Of a DNA stretch of 64,000 bases, positions 9,190 through 19,091 are shown in pieces. Position 1 is the first letter of the stretch; each line of letters starts with the position of its first letter. Under the pieces are notes generated by a model. That model was not told the DNA's origin. It searched no databases and saw only the letters and a program-made list of their open reading frames with translations. A program made the translations under genes and the position numbers. This DNA comes from an uncultured bacterium (GTDB lineage Bacteria > Fidelibacterota > Marinisomatia > Marinisomatales > JACNKV01), in assembly GCA_964388155.1 (NCBI GenBank), contig CAYLYH010000006.1:11350-75349 (forward strand). The letters are read 5' to 3'.

Positions 9190-9239
9190 CCGCACACCAC
9201 GATGCACAAGCCCTCCTTAGGCGGGCAAGCATCGGGCGG
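9190..9239 (+). other. GC-rich imperfect stem-loop (ccgc..cgatgc...gcatcg.gcgg) in AT-rich spacer
   Basis: cgatgc 9200-9205 pairs with gcatcg 9229-9234, and ccgc 9190-9193 with gcgg 9236-9239. No T tract follows. Confidence 0.4.
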
Positions 9240-9272
9240 AGTCTTAACCCCTAACTCCTAACGTAGAACACC

Positions 9273-9302
9273 TAACACTTGAATACATTAACACTTGAAT
9301 AC
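9273..9302 (+). repeat. 16-nt-period direct repeat taacacttgaatac x2 inside a G-poor TAAC-rich leader (9241-9326)
   Basis: Identical 14-mers at 9273-9286 and 9289-9302. They share the TAACACT core with the 865-911 tract. Confidence 0.85.
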
Positions 9303-9326
9303 TCTAACACCCTGGCACTTTAACCC

Positions 9327-10784
9327 ATGAATATTATTAGTCTCACATTCATCATCTATCTCTTTATCATCATGGGAGTTGGATTTATCACTTCCCGGAT
9401 GATGAAGAACCTGAAGGATTTTGCGTTGGGAGGGAACCGTCTTGGTCCTGTGGTTATTGCGTTTTCAGAAAGAGCTTCAGGGGAATCTGCGTGGCTTATT
9501 TTAGGTTTGCCGGGTGTCGCAATTGCCGCCGGATTATTAGAAGCATGGACAGCACTTGGATGCGTGCTTGGGATTATTTTTTCATGGCTAATCATTGCAA
9601 AACCCATTAGAATGCTCACAGAAAAATATGATGCTCTGACAATCCCGGAACTTTTATCGAAAAAATTCGAAGATGAAACAGGGACAATTCGATTACTTTC
9701 TGCAATCATTATCACGTTCTTTTTCACATTTTACGTCGCCGCACAATTCTCCGGCGCAGGCAAAGTCCTCCACGTGACGTTCGGCTTTTCTCACCTGGAA
9801 GGCATGATCGTTGGCGCTATCATTATCTTATCGTACACGATTATGGGCGGGTTTCTCGCCGTCGCATGGACGGATTTAGTCCAGGGGATTATCATGATTG
9901 GAACATTGGTTATCTTGCCCATCGTTGGTTGGATCGAACTTTCAGGGATATCTCCCTCCGCACAGGTGTTGGATTGGTCGACCTTGTATGGAGGACAAAC
10001 CGGTGTAAGTGCATTGCTGGGGGCAATCGCCGGATTAAGTTGGGGGCTCGGATACATGGGGCAACCGCATTTGATCGTCCGATATATGGCGATTGACCAT
10101 GCAGACAATATAAAAGTGAGTCGCCGGATTGCTATCGCCTGGGCTATCCCTGCATTCATGGGTTCACTTCTTATTGGACTTGTCGGGGCGAAACTCATAG
10201 CAGGTGGAGCGTTACATCATAACGGCGAAATTTTATCAGTGATGAATCTTGATGACCCTGAAAAATTGATGCCGATTATGGCGGCAAATTTATTACCGCC
10301 GTGGTTAGCCGGGATATTTATCTCCGGTGCAATTGCTGCGATGATGTCAACGGCAGATTCCCAATTATTGGTTAGCACAACAGTATTAACCGAAGATATT
10401 GTCGGACGATCGAAAAAAGGTGTTTTACAAAAAATAAATTTGCTACGTCTTGGCAGGATATTGACAGGCGTGATAGGTACGGTTGCATTTTATTTGGCGT
10501 GGCAGTCAACGGATTTAGTATTTGAAATGGTGTCGTATGCATGGAGTGGGTTGGGAGCGTCTTTCGGTCCGGCGTTGGTGCTAACTCTATGGTGGAAACA
10601 TACCAGCAGAAATGGAGTAATAGCGGGATTGCTTGTTGGCTCAGTTTCAACAATAATTTGGAAGAATATTGACATTCTCCACATGGCAGTAACAGAGCGG
10701 TTAGTCAGTTTTGTTTTGGCGTTTTCTGCTGTGATATTATTTAGTTTATTGGATAGATTCAAAGAGCATGACGATAGAACTTAA
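9327..10784 (+). CDS. sodium:solute symporter family transporter (PutP/PanF-like)
   Basis: 485 aa with about 13 TM segments. The SSF-like stretch GGNRLGP...ASGESAWLILGLPG and the overall pattern support the family. Substrate not assignable. Confidence 0.8.
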   Translation: MNIISLTFIIYLFIIMGVGFITSRMMKNLKDFALGGNRLGPVVIAFSERASGESAWLILGLPGVAIAAGLLEAWTALGCVLGIIFSWLIIAKPIRMLTEKYDALTIPELLSKKFEDETGTIRLLSAIIITFFFTFYVAAQFSGAGKVLHVTFGFSHLEGMIVGAIIILSYTIMGGFLAVAWTDLVQGIIMIGTLVILPIVGWIELSGISPSAQVLDWSTLYGGQTGVSALLGAIAGLSWGLGYMGQPHLIVRYMAIDHADNIKVSRRIAIAWAIPAFMGSLLIGLVGAKLIAGGALHHNGEILSVMNLDDPEKLMPIMAANLLPPWLAGIFISGAIAAMMSTADSQLLVSTTVLTEDIVGRSKKGVLQKINLLRLGRILTGVIGTVAFYLAWQSTDLVFEMVSYAWSGLGASFGPALVLTLWWKHTSRNGVIAGLLVGSVSTIIWKNIDILHMAVTERLVSFVLAFSAVILFSLLDRFKEHDDRT

Positions 10785-11757
10785 AACCGTTATACGCTCA
10801 ATAGAGAAAGGAGATGTACGTCCTGTATATTTTCTTGAGGGCGATGATCAATTTTTACAGCAAATATTTATCAAAAAATTAGAGTCAGCTTTTTTTGGTG
10901 AAGCCGTTGTTAATCGGACGTTGTTGACACCCGAAGAAATGGGTGGGAAGGAAATCGTCGACCGATTGATTGAGACAGATTTGTTTTCCAGTAAAAAATT
11001 ATTTATTCTGCAAAATCCTCATGCGTTAAGAGAAAAAACCCAAAAAGAAATGTTGGCGTATTGTAATTTGCCCATCCAAAATCACTGTCTTATTATCGTG
11101 AATGAAGACAGTAGTAAAAAACGTGCGTTTATCACAAAACTGAGGTCAGCATTGGATTCTGTCAATGTCAGAAAACCCTATGAAGATAAAATAAGAATTT
11201 GGGTGAAATATTTTTTTGGTGAACATGGAAGAAAAGTAGACAGACATGTCATGGACTCACTGGTTGAAATCGCCGGTGATTCGGTGCATCATATTGCGAA
11301 TGAAGTCAACAAAATATGTATCATGACAGACAAAGAAGACGCAATCACACCGGAAGTGGTTTATCAATTTGCAGGATGGAGTCGTGATTATCAACGTTGG
11401 GAATTTATTGCATCTGTGGCAAAAAAAGATTTGGCGAAAGCCTTACTTACAGGACGGTCTCTTCTAAACCAGAATGAAACGATGTTGAGTTTGATGTATC
11501 CGTTAGTTAGTTTTTATCAGGAGCTTCTATACGAAAAAATGTCACCGGGAACTTTTAATCCAAGGATGGGGTATATTCCTCTGCCGCCTTCTGTGAAAAA
11601 GAATATTCCACAGTTTGCAAAAAAGTTTTCACGGCAAGAGATTGATCACGCATTATTTCAACTAGGGGATGTTGACCATCGCATCAAGTCTACCACAATA
11701 TCCGATGAAACAGAACTCGTCCGGTTCCTGTTTAGTGCATTCAAGTCCAATGGATAA
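10768..11757 (+). CDS. holA: DNA polymerase III delta subunit
   Basis: 329 aa. N-terminal PVYFLEGDDQFL and the helical C-terminal domain are typical of HolA. Confidence 0.75.
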   Translation: MTIELKTVIRSIEKGDVRPVYFLEGDDQFLQQIFIKKLESAFFGEAVVNRTLLTPEEMGGKEIVDRLIETDLFSSKKLFILQNPHALREKTQKEMLAYCNLPIQNHCLIIVNEDSSKKRAFITKLRSALDSVNVRKPYEDKIRIWVKYFFGEHGRKVDRHVMDSLVEIAGDSVHHIANEVNKICIMTDKEDAITPEVVYQFAGWSRDYQRWEFIASVAKKDLAKALLTGRSLLNQNETMLSLMYPLVSFYQELLYEKMSPGTFNPRMGYIPLPPSVKKNIPQFAKKFSRQEIDHALFQLGDVDHRIKSTTISDETELVRFLFSAFKSNG

Positions 11758-12328
11758 AGACCACAGATATACGGACGAAGAACTTATCATTCGCTTTCAA
11801 CAAGGCGATGAACGTGCATACATAGAGCTTGTCAGGCGTTATCGTGATCGGTTGATGACCTTCGTATTTCGTTTTGTGGGAGATATGGAGCAGGCAGAAG
11901 ATATTGTCCAGGATGCTTTAGTGAAAGTGTATACGCATAAGCATTATTATAAGGAAATCGCAAAGTTTTCTACATGGGTCTATACTATTGCAGGAAATTT
12001 AGCAAAAACGGAGCTTCGTAAACGCAAACGCAGAAAAACTACCCTGCTGAGTCAAATGGGACCTGAAGAGCGAGATTATGATCTGCCGGCTGTTCAGCCG
12101 GAAACAGGCGAAGCGGTTGAGAGTGAATTTGCTGAAGTGCAAATCCAGGAAGCGATCCAGGAACTTCCTCTTCATTTTCGGACCGTTATCATCTTGAGAG
12201 ATATTCAGGAACTTTCTTACGAGGAAATTAGTAGAATCGTTGACGTTCCGCTTGGAACAGTAAAATCACGCATAAATCGTGCAAGGCTGCAATTACAAGA
12301 AGCCTTGAAAGAATTCAGACATTATTAG
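11750..12328 (+). CDS. ECF-type RNA polymerase sigma factor (sigma-70 family, group 4)
   Basis: Region 2 (YRDRLMTFVFRFVGDMEQAEDIVQDALVKV) and region 4 (LSYEEISRIVDVPLGTVKSRINRAR). ATG 11750 overlaps the holA stop, so the upstream 27 codons of the listed ORF are unlikely to be coding. Confidence 0.88.
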   Translation: MDKDHRYTDEELIIRFQQGDERAYIELVRRYRDRLMTFVFRFVGDMEQAEDIVQDALVKVYTHKHYYKEIAKFSTWVYTIAGNLAKTELRKRKRRKTTLLSQMGPEERDYDLPAVQPETGEAVESEFAEVQIQEAIQELPLHFRTVIILRDIQELSYEEISRIVDVPLGTVKSRINRARLQLQEALKEFRHY

Positions 12329-12343
12329 GAGGAAACCCTATCG

Positions 12344-12886
12344 ATGGATCGTTATCAGTTTGAAGATAGTATATCAGATTATATTGAAAATTCACTAACG
12401 CTTTCTAAACGAAAGGACTTTGAGGATTACATAGAAAATAATCCGGAGTCCGTCGTCTTAGTAGAGCGGGTACGTTCAGTGATAAACAACATGCATAAAA
12501 TGTCCGCTGTAAAAACCTCACCGGATTTTATGAATCAATTAATGCGTAAAGTGGATGTTGAAAAAAATCGCCCTGCTCAGCGTGTCAAACCCGGAAACAC
12601 CGTATTTGGGTTTACGCCTCTCTACGCCGGTTTGATGTCCGTGGCTGTCATTGGTTTGATTTTGATTGGTGTGCAAATGATCCCGGATTCTCTCCAGGGG
12701 CCGACACCGATTCCCAATCACTATACACAGGAACCAGCTCCGGTACAGTCACCCGCTACACAGCCTCATGAATTGAGGATGGAATCCTTGGCTGAAGCAG
12801 AGGAAGACTCGACTGATGTCGATGCCCCGATGGATAAACGCCGGTCCAACATAAAAAATAAAATACGGTTGGTAAAAAACCAGTAA
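12344..12886 (+). CDS. putative anti-sigma factor (single-pass membrane protein)
   Basis: Lies directly downstream of the ECF sigma gene with AGGAGG 8 nt upstream. It has an N-terminal anti-sigma-like helix bundle and one TM (LYAGLMSVAVIGLILIGVQMI). Confidence 0.65.
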   Translation: MDRYQFEDSISDYIENSLTLSKRKDFEDYIENNPESVVLVERVRSVINNMHKMSAVKTSPDFMNQLMRKVDVEKNRPAQRVKPGNTVFGFTPLYAGLMSVAVIGLILIGVQMIPDSLQGPTPIPNHYTQEPAPVQSPATQPHELRMESLAEAEEDSTDVDAPMDKRRSNIKNKIRLVKNQ

Positions 12887-12996
12887 TCCCAGGTCCGCTT
12901 CACTAAAACAAATAACCACTAACAAATTCCCCAATAACCAGTCCACCACTCACCAATTAACTAATTAGCAATAATTAACAATCTTCCTTTATTTCT

Positions 12997-13032
12997 CCCT
13001 GCTGTTTGTGTAATTTTACAGCGGGGTTTTTT
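12997..13032 (+). terminator. intrinsic-terminator-like hairpin (ccctgctgt / acagcgggg, 12-nt loop) + TTTTTT, ending 3 nt before the GGDEF gene ATG
   Basis: 9-bp stem with one G-U pair (12997-13005 / 13018-13026) and a T6 run at 13027-13032. Confidence 0.7.
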
Positions 13033-13035
13033 AAT

Positions 13036-14718
13036 ATGAATTTGGATATCCTTAAAAAAACAGCACTAACATTTGCGGGACTGTTCACGATCAGTTTCGT
13101 CATCCTTCTTTTCAGGGAAGCCGAAGGGGATGCTTTAATCATTGTTCTTCGGGCAATTTCCGTCATCGGTTTACTGATTTCATTACTGTATTTATATTTT
13201 TCAAACGATACGAAAATCGACGAAAAGCAGACAGGTACTCATCAAACGCATCAACAAATTACACCTGAAGAAGTCGACACGTATTATGATGAACTTCTTG
13301 ATGCAATATTCAGTTTAGCAAAAGCGGTTCATCCGGATTATCAGATTGCTGTATATATGGTGGATTCTATCCATGGCGGACAAATGCTTCAAAAAGCCAC
13401 GTCAAACATATTTGAGAAAAATATTTCACATGATGATAAATTAATTACGGCATTAATGAGCCAAAAAGGAACATCCATTCTTCAGCAAAAAGATGTTCGA
13501 GACAATTGGAAAGTCATATTCCAAGATAAGACATGGCGAGGGAGTGAGTGTTTCCTTGGCAATCGAATTATGTACCGCAATAATCCTGTTGGAAGCGTCC
13601 TGTTATATATGGAACATTTTAGCGATGTGGAGAAACGGGATAAAAATATTTTGAATGTACTGTCGAACTTAATTTCGATGGGATTGGAAAGATTAGATAA
13701 AATTAGTGAATTATTTTTAAAAATAGATTATCAGTCTTTTTTATCTAACCTGTATTCTACAATAGATCTAAAATCCAGCGAACAGGATATTTATCAATCG
13801 ATTCTTCCTTTATGCCGCACATTCTTTTCCTATGATAAATTGACAATATCTGTTGGAAATGATTCTGAGAAAGCGACTGTAAAATTTGTTGACGGAATTC
13901 AAGAAAATGTAGAAATAGGGGCGACATTCTCATTACAATCTTCGTTACATGGGATGTGTATAGAGTCCAAAGAGATTGTCCAATCACGTTATTGGAGTCA
14001 AGATTATCCGAATAAAGTGCGATTTAATATTGAAGAAGAATCGGATTATAATTTCTCTTCTGTTTTATTTATCCCCTTTGTAATCATGGATCAAAATGCA
14101 TGTTTTGCATTGGAAAGAGTTTCATCAAGACCGTTCACTGAAAACGATAAACAATCCATCGAGATGTTGGCATCTGTGCTGAGCTCTGTCTTGTCTTGGC
14201 ATACAGAATATCAGCACATGTACAAGAGTGCGACGCATGATGGACTGACGGGATTGCTGAACCACCGAACGTTTATGATTCGATTTGAAGAGGAGTTGAA
14301 TCGTGCCGTTCGTTTTCAACAAACTTTTGTTCTCTCGATGCTTGACTTGGATAAATTTAAACGAGTCAATGATACATTTGGTCACTATTTCGGTGATTAT
14401 GTGATCAAAACGGTCGCTCAAATTATCAAAGAAAGTGTCCGGAATATTGATGTTGTTGCCAGGTATGGCGGTGAGGAGTATGTAATTATTTTAGTGGACA
14501 CAAATAAAGAGAAAGCACAGATTGTTGCAAACCGAATTGTTAAAAATATTGAAGCATTTTTATTTGAACAGGATGAAATTCATACACGATTAACCATTAG
14601 CGCCGGATTAGCAGAATTCCCCAAAGATTCTGATATGGCGAAGGGATTAATTGAAAAAGCCGATGAAGCAATGTATGATGCTAAAAAACTTGGTGGCAAC
14701 ACCTTTTGTAACGCTTAA
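13036..14718 (+). CDS. membrane-anchored GAF-like / GGDEF diguanylate cyclase
   Basis: C-terminal GGDEF domain with active site RYGGEEY and I-site RNID 5 residues upstream, plus N-terminal TM helices. ATG 13036 is preferred over the listed TTG 13006, which lies in the hairpin loop. Confidence 0.85.
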   Translation: MNLDILKKTALTFAGLFTISFVILLFREAEGDALIIVLRAISVIGLLISLLYLYFSNDTKIDEKQTGTHQTHQQITPEEVDTYYDELLDAIFSLAKAVHPDYQIAVYMVDSIHGGQMLQKATSNIFEKNISHDDKLITALMSQKGTSILQQKDVRDNWKVIFQDKTWRGSECFLGNRIMYRNNPVGSVLLYMEHFSDVEKRDKNILNVLSNLISMGLERLDKISELFLKIDYQSFLSNLYSTIDLKSSEQDIYQSILPLCRTFFSYDKLTISVGNDSEKATVKFVDGIQENVEIGATFSLQSSLHGMCIESKEIVQSRYWSQDYPNKVRFNIEEESDYNFSSVLFIPFVIMDQNACFALERVSSRPFTENDKQSIEMLASVLSSVLSWHTEYQHMYKSATHDGLTGLLNHRTFMIRFEEELNRAVRFQQTFVLSMLDLDKFKRVNDTFGHYFGDYVIKTVAQIIKESVRNIDVVARYGGEEYVIILVDTNKEKAQIVANRIVKNIEAFLFEQDEIHTRLTISAGLAEFPKDSDMAKGLIEKADEAMYDAKKLGGNTFCNA

Positions 14719-14785
14719 TTGAAAGCGTCTACACGGAACTTTTAGAACTCAAAGCAATAAATACAGTATCTTAAGTACAGTAAAA

Positions 14786-16384
14786 ATGTTTACTCGACAA
14801 CGAACCTTCCTCTTCATTTTAGGATTTTTATTCATATCCTGTGCAACATTACCACGGCAGGAATTGAAAAACGAACCGCTTCCCAAACAGGTGGAAGAAA
14901 AATCCGAGGTTAACCCTGATGCTCTACAACGTTTTATGGATGGTCAGTTTTATATGAGCGAGGGGAATTACGCTATGGCTGTATTAGAATTTCAAGACGC
15001 ACTTGTCATAGACCCGAAAGTAAGCACGATCCATATTTCTCTTGGAGAAAGTTATTGGCATCTTGGTAAGACGGAGCATTCTGAGTATCATCTAAAAAAA
15101 GCCATCTCCTTGGATTCTACAGACACAGAACCGCGTGAACTGTTAGCAGGACAGTACCTCATGAGAAAACAATTTGATTTTGCCAGGGATCAATTCTTGT
15201 CATTACGTACACTTGATGCAGAGAACATTGATTACATTCTTGCCCTTGCAGATATTGCAAAAATTGAAAAACAGTTTGAAGAAGCAGTAATATTATATAG
15301 AGAAGCCTATGAAATAAATTCCGATGCGAGTCATGCGTTGGAAGCCGCGGTCGAAATTTATTTAAATCAAAAAAAATATAAATCCGCTCAAGATATTATA
15401 TCAACATTAATTTCTGAAAATCCAAAAAATGTACACTACAAACAGGCATTAGCAGAAATTGCCGTCTTAAACGGTGACCTTGAAATCGCCCTAGAAAGTT
15501 TACAGAAAATTATAAGTATACAGGGTGCCAATCCTGAAGTTCTTTCACAAATCGGATTATTGCATTACGAATTGAAAAACACCGAAGCAGCATTAGAAGT
15601 ATTCCTGGATGTTGTGGATATTGACAGCACACACCAATCGGCGCTACATTCATTATCAACGATTTTCCGCGAACAAGAAAACAGCAAGGATTCAAAATAT
15701 TTCGCTGAAAAGATGATTGCTGTTGATTCACTGGATCCAAGCGGATATGTAAATGCGGCCCTAGCTGCGATGCTGGAGGATGATTATCTGTATGTTATCG
15801 CATTACTGTCTGAGGTTAGTCAAAGGTTTATTGAGGACTATACCATTCAATATTTGCTTGGCGTTGCGTATGAGTTAGAAAAAAAATATGAGAACGCTTT
15901 ACCGTATTTGGAACAGGCTTTGCATCTCTGGCCCGAATCCAGAAATGCATTGCATACGCTTGCGATTGTTTATGATAACACAGAACGTTGGAGCCAATCT
16001 GATAGCGCATACACGCAATTAATTGAGACTGACAGCACGGACGCACAAGCCTACAATAATTACGCCTATAGCTTGATTGAACGAGATGGAAATCCTGAAT
16101 TAGCGAAGTCTTTATCAAAAAGAGCAATAACATTGGAACCTGAATCTGCGGCATATTTAGATACGTACGGATGGATCTGTTTTAAATTAAACGATGTAGA
16201 TTCTGCCTTGTATTACATCCGCCGTTCCGTTGAGATTGAAGAAACAAATGCAGAAGTATTGGAACATCTTGGAGATGTGTTGTTGATATTGGGACAAGAT
16301 GAAGAGGCAATTAGCTATTTTAAAAAAGCCCTTCAGTATGATCCGAATAATATTGAACTCATAGAAAAAATCAGCCATGATTAA
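14786..16384 (+). CDS. TPR-repeat lipoprotein
   Basis: Lipobox FISC at the N-terminus and more than 10 TPR-like repeats. Confidence 0.75.
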   Translation: MFTRQRTFLFILGFLFISCATLPRQELKNEPLPKQVEEKSEVNPDALQRFMDGQFYMSEGNYAMAVLEFQDALVIDPKVSTIHISLGESYWHLGKTEHSEYHLKKAISLDSTDTEPRELLAGQYLMRKQFDFARDQFLSLRTLDAENIDYILALADIAKIEKQFEEAVILYREAYEINSDASHALEAAVEIYLNQKKYKSAQDIISTLISENPKNVHYKQALAEIAVLNGDLEIALESLQKIISIQGANPEVLSQIGLLHYELKNTEAALEVFLDVVDIDSTHQSALHSLSTIFREQENSKDSKYFAEKMIAVDSLDPSGYVNAALAAMLEDDYLYVIALLSEVSQRFIEDYTIQYLLGVAYELEKKYENALPYLEQALHLWPESRNALHTLAIVYDNTERWSQSDSAYTQLIETDSTDAQAYNNYAYSLIERDGNPELAKSLSKRAITLEPESAAYLDTYGWICFKLNDVDSALYYIRRSVEIEETNAEVLEHLGDVLLILGQDEEAISYFKKALQYDPNNIELIEKISHD

Positions 16385-17006
16385 CCTGCCCATTAAATGG
16401 TTGTTAGTTGTGGGGTTATTACTGAGTGCGTGTACTCGTGTTCAAGATGTTATTCAAAAACCCCCGTCAGTCATGTTGGAATATGATGCACTAAAATCGT
16501 CCTATCAAACCTGTAGTGGTAGAGGAAAGATAACGTCATCAGGAACCGTAAAAGGGCATTTAGTCTTTTCCTTTACTTCAAGAAACGACAGTACGTATAT
16601 TCAGTTCAAAGATTTGCTGGGAAGACGAACGATGTATGTACAATTATTTGAGAATAAGATACACCTTTGGGATATGATGAAAAATCGAAAATACTCTGAA
16701 GAAAAAATTATTGAGCATTTTCCTGTCGTAAAATTGATATCTCCTTTGGAATTAACAAAATACTTTTGGGGTGTAGATCCATTTGAAAGCACAACCGATA
16801 TCATTCCTGTTGCCGAATCAAAATCAATGAATGCTATGCTGCATTCTAAGTCCTCAGTTACATCAAATGGATTCGAAACAACAAGCCTGTTATTTCAAGA
16901 TCATCAGGAAGATTATGAGTTATCTCTTGAAATCACAGACAGAGAATATGGTTCATGGACATCCCGGCTTGTTCGCTCCATCCCTTCATCCGTAAAATGG
17001 AATTAA
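16377..17006 (+). CDS. lipoprotein, LolB/DUF4292-like
   Basis: Lipobox LLSAC, about 200 aa, beta-rich, translationally coupled to the TPR protein as in Bacteroidota DUF4292 genes. Family assignment is from memory only. Confidence 0.45.
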   Translation: MINLPIKWLLVVGLLLSACTRVQDVIQKPPSVMLEYDALKSSYQTCSGRGKITSSGTVKGHLVFSFTSRNDSTYIQFKDLLGRRTMYVQLFENKIHLWDMMKNRKYSEEKIIEHFPVVKLISPLELTKYFWGVDPFESTTDIIPVAESKSMNAMLHSKSSVTSNGFETTSLLFQDHQEDYELSLEITDREYGSWTSRLVRSIPSSVKWN

Positions 17007-17010
17007 ACAC

Positions 17011-17937
17011 ATGATTAAACCAATTTCAGTCGTTATCCCGGTATATAATGAAATCGAATCGTTGCCGGAATTAATTCAGCAAGTTACCGATGTACTAAAT
17101 CCTTTCCGCACGTGGGAAATCATTTTCGTCGATGACGGCTCTACGGATGGTAGTGTCGAGTATTTAGAAAAAGTTGCCGGCGAAACATCACAGGTTTCAT
17201 TGATTCAATTCCATCGTAATTACGGTAAATCTGCTGCGCTCTCAGAAGGATTCAAGCACGCAAATGGCGACTATATTGTGACCATGGATGCTGATCTTCA
17301 GGATGACCCAAAAGAGATTCCGAATTTAGTGAAAAAACTAGAAGAAGGATTTGACCTCGTTTCAGGGTGGAAAGTAGACCGGAAAGACCCTTTGACGAAA
17401 ACAATTCCGTCTAAGATATTTAATTTAGTTACGCGGATGTTTACCGGTGTTCATATCCATGATTTTAACTGCGGGCTAAAGATATATCGGAAAGCTGTTA
17501 CCAATGCGGTGGATATTTACGGCGGACGGCATCGATATATCCCGGCGATGGCAGGGCAGAAGAAGTTTAGAGTTACCGAAATTCCGGTAAAACACCACGC
17601 AAGAAAACACGGTGTAACAAAATATGGGGGTTCACGACTCTTTCACGGATTTTTTGATTTACTCACGATATTGTTTTTTAATCGGTATACGCAACAGCCG
17701 CTACACTTGTTTGGCTTCTTTGGGCTGTTTTGTGTTTTGATTTCATTTTTTATCGAAGTGTATGTGGTTGGGCTAAAAATTATTGCAGGACATTCCTTTT
17801 ATACGCATATGGCAATGATGCTCTTTGGGGCGATGATTTTTATCCTTGGGCTTTGGTTCTTTTCAATCGGAATTATTGCTGAAATGATTGCCAGAGGCGA
17901 TCAGGATAAAGAGTCAAGAGTCCGGCGGATCGTTTGA
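17011..17937 (+). CDS. GT2 polyprenyl-phosphate glycosyltransferase (GtrB/CsbB/ArnC-like)
   Basis: VVIPVYNE, DDGSTDGS and DADLQDDP motifs, plus two C-terminal TM helices. Confidence 0.85.
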   Translation: MIKPISVVIPVYNEIESLPELIQQVTDVLNPFRTWEIIFVDDGSTDGSVEYLEKVAGETSQVSLIQFHRNYGKSAALSEGFKHANGDYIVTMDADLQDDPKEIPNLVKKLEEGFDLVSGWKVDRKDPLTKTIPSKIFNLVTRMFTGVHIHDFNCGLKIYRKAVTNAVDIYGGRHRYIPAMAGQKKFRVTEIPVKHHARKHGVTKYGGSRLFHGFFDLLTILFFNRYTQQPLHLFGFFGLFCVLISFFIEVYVVGLKIIAGHSFYTHMAMMLFGAMIFILGLWFFSIGIIAEMIARGDQDKESRVRRIV

Positions 17938-17981
17938 TTAAATTCGAGTTAATCTAAGCCACCAGAGATGGAGTAAGCACA

Positions 17982-19091
17982 ATGCGTGTTTGTTATTTTG
18001 GAACGTACGAAAAAGCGTACCCGCGCAACGCCATTTTTGTTGAAGGACTGAAACAAAATGGGGTAACTGTTTTTGAATGTCATGCACCGTTGTGGGAAAA
18101 AACACAATCAAAAGGAAAAGATTTTGGTTTTTCTCTTTCGTTTTTATTTTCGTTGATTACTGCTCAAATCAAACTATTTTTCCGTTATCTGTTTTTTACA
18201 CCAAAACATGATGTAATCATTGTCGGGTATATTGGTCAATTAGATATTTATTTAGCAAAAATATTCGCATATATTTGTCGAAAAAAACTGGTATTTAATC
18301 CACTGATTTCACTTTATGATACGGTCATAGCTGATCGTGGATATTTTGAAGCCACATCTTTAAAGTCGCGGTTATTTCGTTTTCTGGATAGGTCAGCATG
18401 TAAACTATCGGACTTAGTCTTACTTGATACAGAAGCCCATATTCAGTATTTCCAAAATCAATTAGATTTGAAAGAAGTGAATTTTAAACGGATCCCAGTT
18501 GGCGCGGATGATAGAATATTTTGCCCCATTCCTTCAGTATCGCGTGACAAATTTCACGTTATGTTTATTGGAAAATTTATTCCACTTCACGGCATAGAAA
18601 AACTTGTGGAAGCCGCGTCTATATTGAAAACAGAAGATGACATAAAATTTACGTTTATTGGTACAGGACAACTTCGGGATATAATAGAAACGAATATCCG
18701 AAAAAGAAATTTGGAAAATGTACAGTTGGTCGATTGGGTGCCGTATCATAAGCTATCAGAAAAAATGAGTGAAGCAGATATTATCCTTGGTGTCTTTGGT
18801 GATTCCGATAAAGCGAAGAGAGTCATCCCGAATAAAGTGTATCAAGGGTTGGCTGTAAGCAAACCTGTATTAACTGCAGAAACCGATGCAGTAAACGAAT
18901 TGCTGATTTCGGATAAGCATCTTTATTGTTGTGGGTCAACACCAAAGAAAATCGCGGGTAAAATCGTGAGTATTTACGAGAACACATCACATCGGAAAAA
19001 GATTGCTTCCCAAGGATACCAGTTTTTTCTGAATCATTTATCCGTTGAAAGATTAGGCGCAGAATTAAAAGAATGTCTTGAGAGATTATGA
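17982..19091 (+). CDS. glycosyltransferase (GT1/GT4-like, GT-B fold)
   Basis: 369 aa with a C-terminal Rossmann half (FIGKFIPLHGI...NKVYQGLA). Weak motif support. Confidence 0.6.
   Translation: MRVCYFGTYEKAYPRNAIFVEGLKQNGVTVFECHAPLWEKTQSKGKDFGFSLSFLFSLITAQIKLFFRYLFFTPKHDVIIVGYIGQLDIYLAKIFAYICRKKLVFNPLISLYDTVIADRGYFEATSLKSRLFRFLDRSACKLSDLVLLDTEAHIQYFQNQLDLKEVNFKRIPVGADDRIFCPIPSVSRDKFHVMFIGKFIPLHGIEKLVEAASILKTEDDIKFTFIGTGQLRDIIETNIRKRNLENVQLVDWVPYHKLSEKMSEADIILGVFGDSDKAKRVIPNKVYQGLAVSKPVLTAETDAVNELLISDKHLYCCGSTPKKIAGKIVSIYENTSHRKKIASQGYQFFLNHLSVERLGAELKECLERL

Noticed and set aside
13006-13035. TTG 13006 as the start of the GGDEF protein (as in the ORF track)
   Set aside because: These codons lie inside the loop, right arm and T-tract of the terminator hairpin. 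ATG 13036 yields a normal TM N-terminus.
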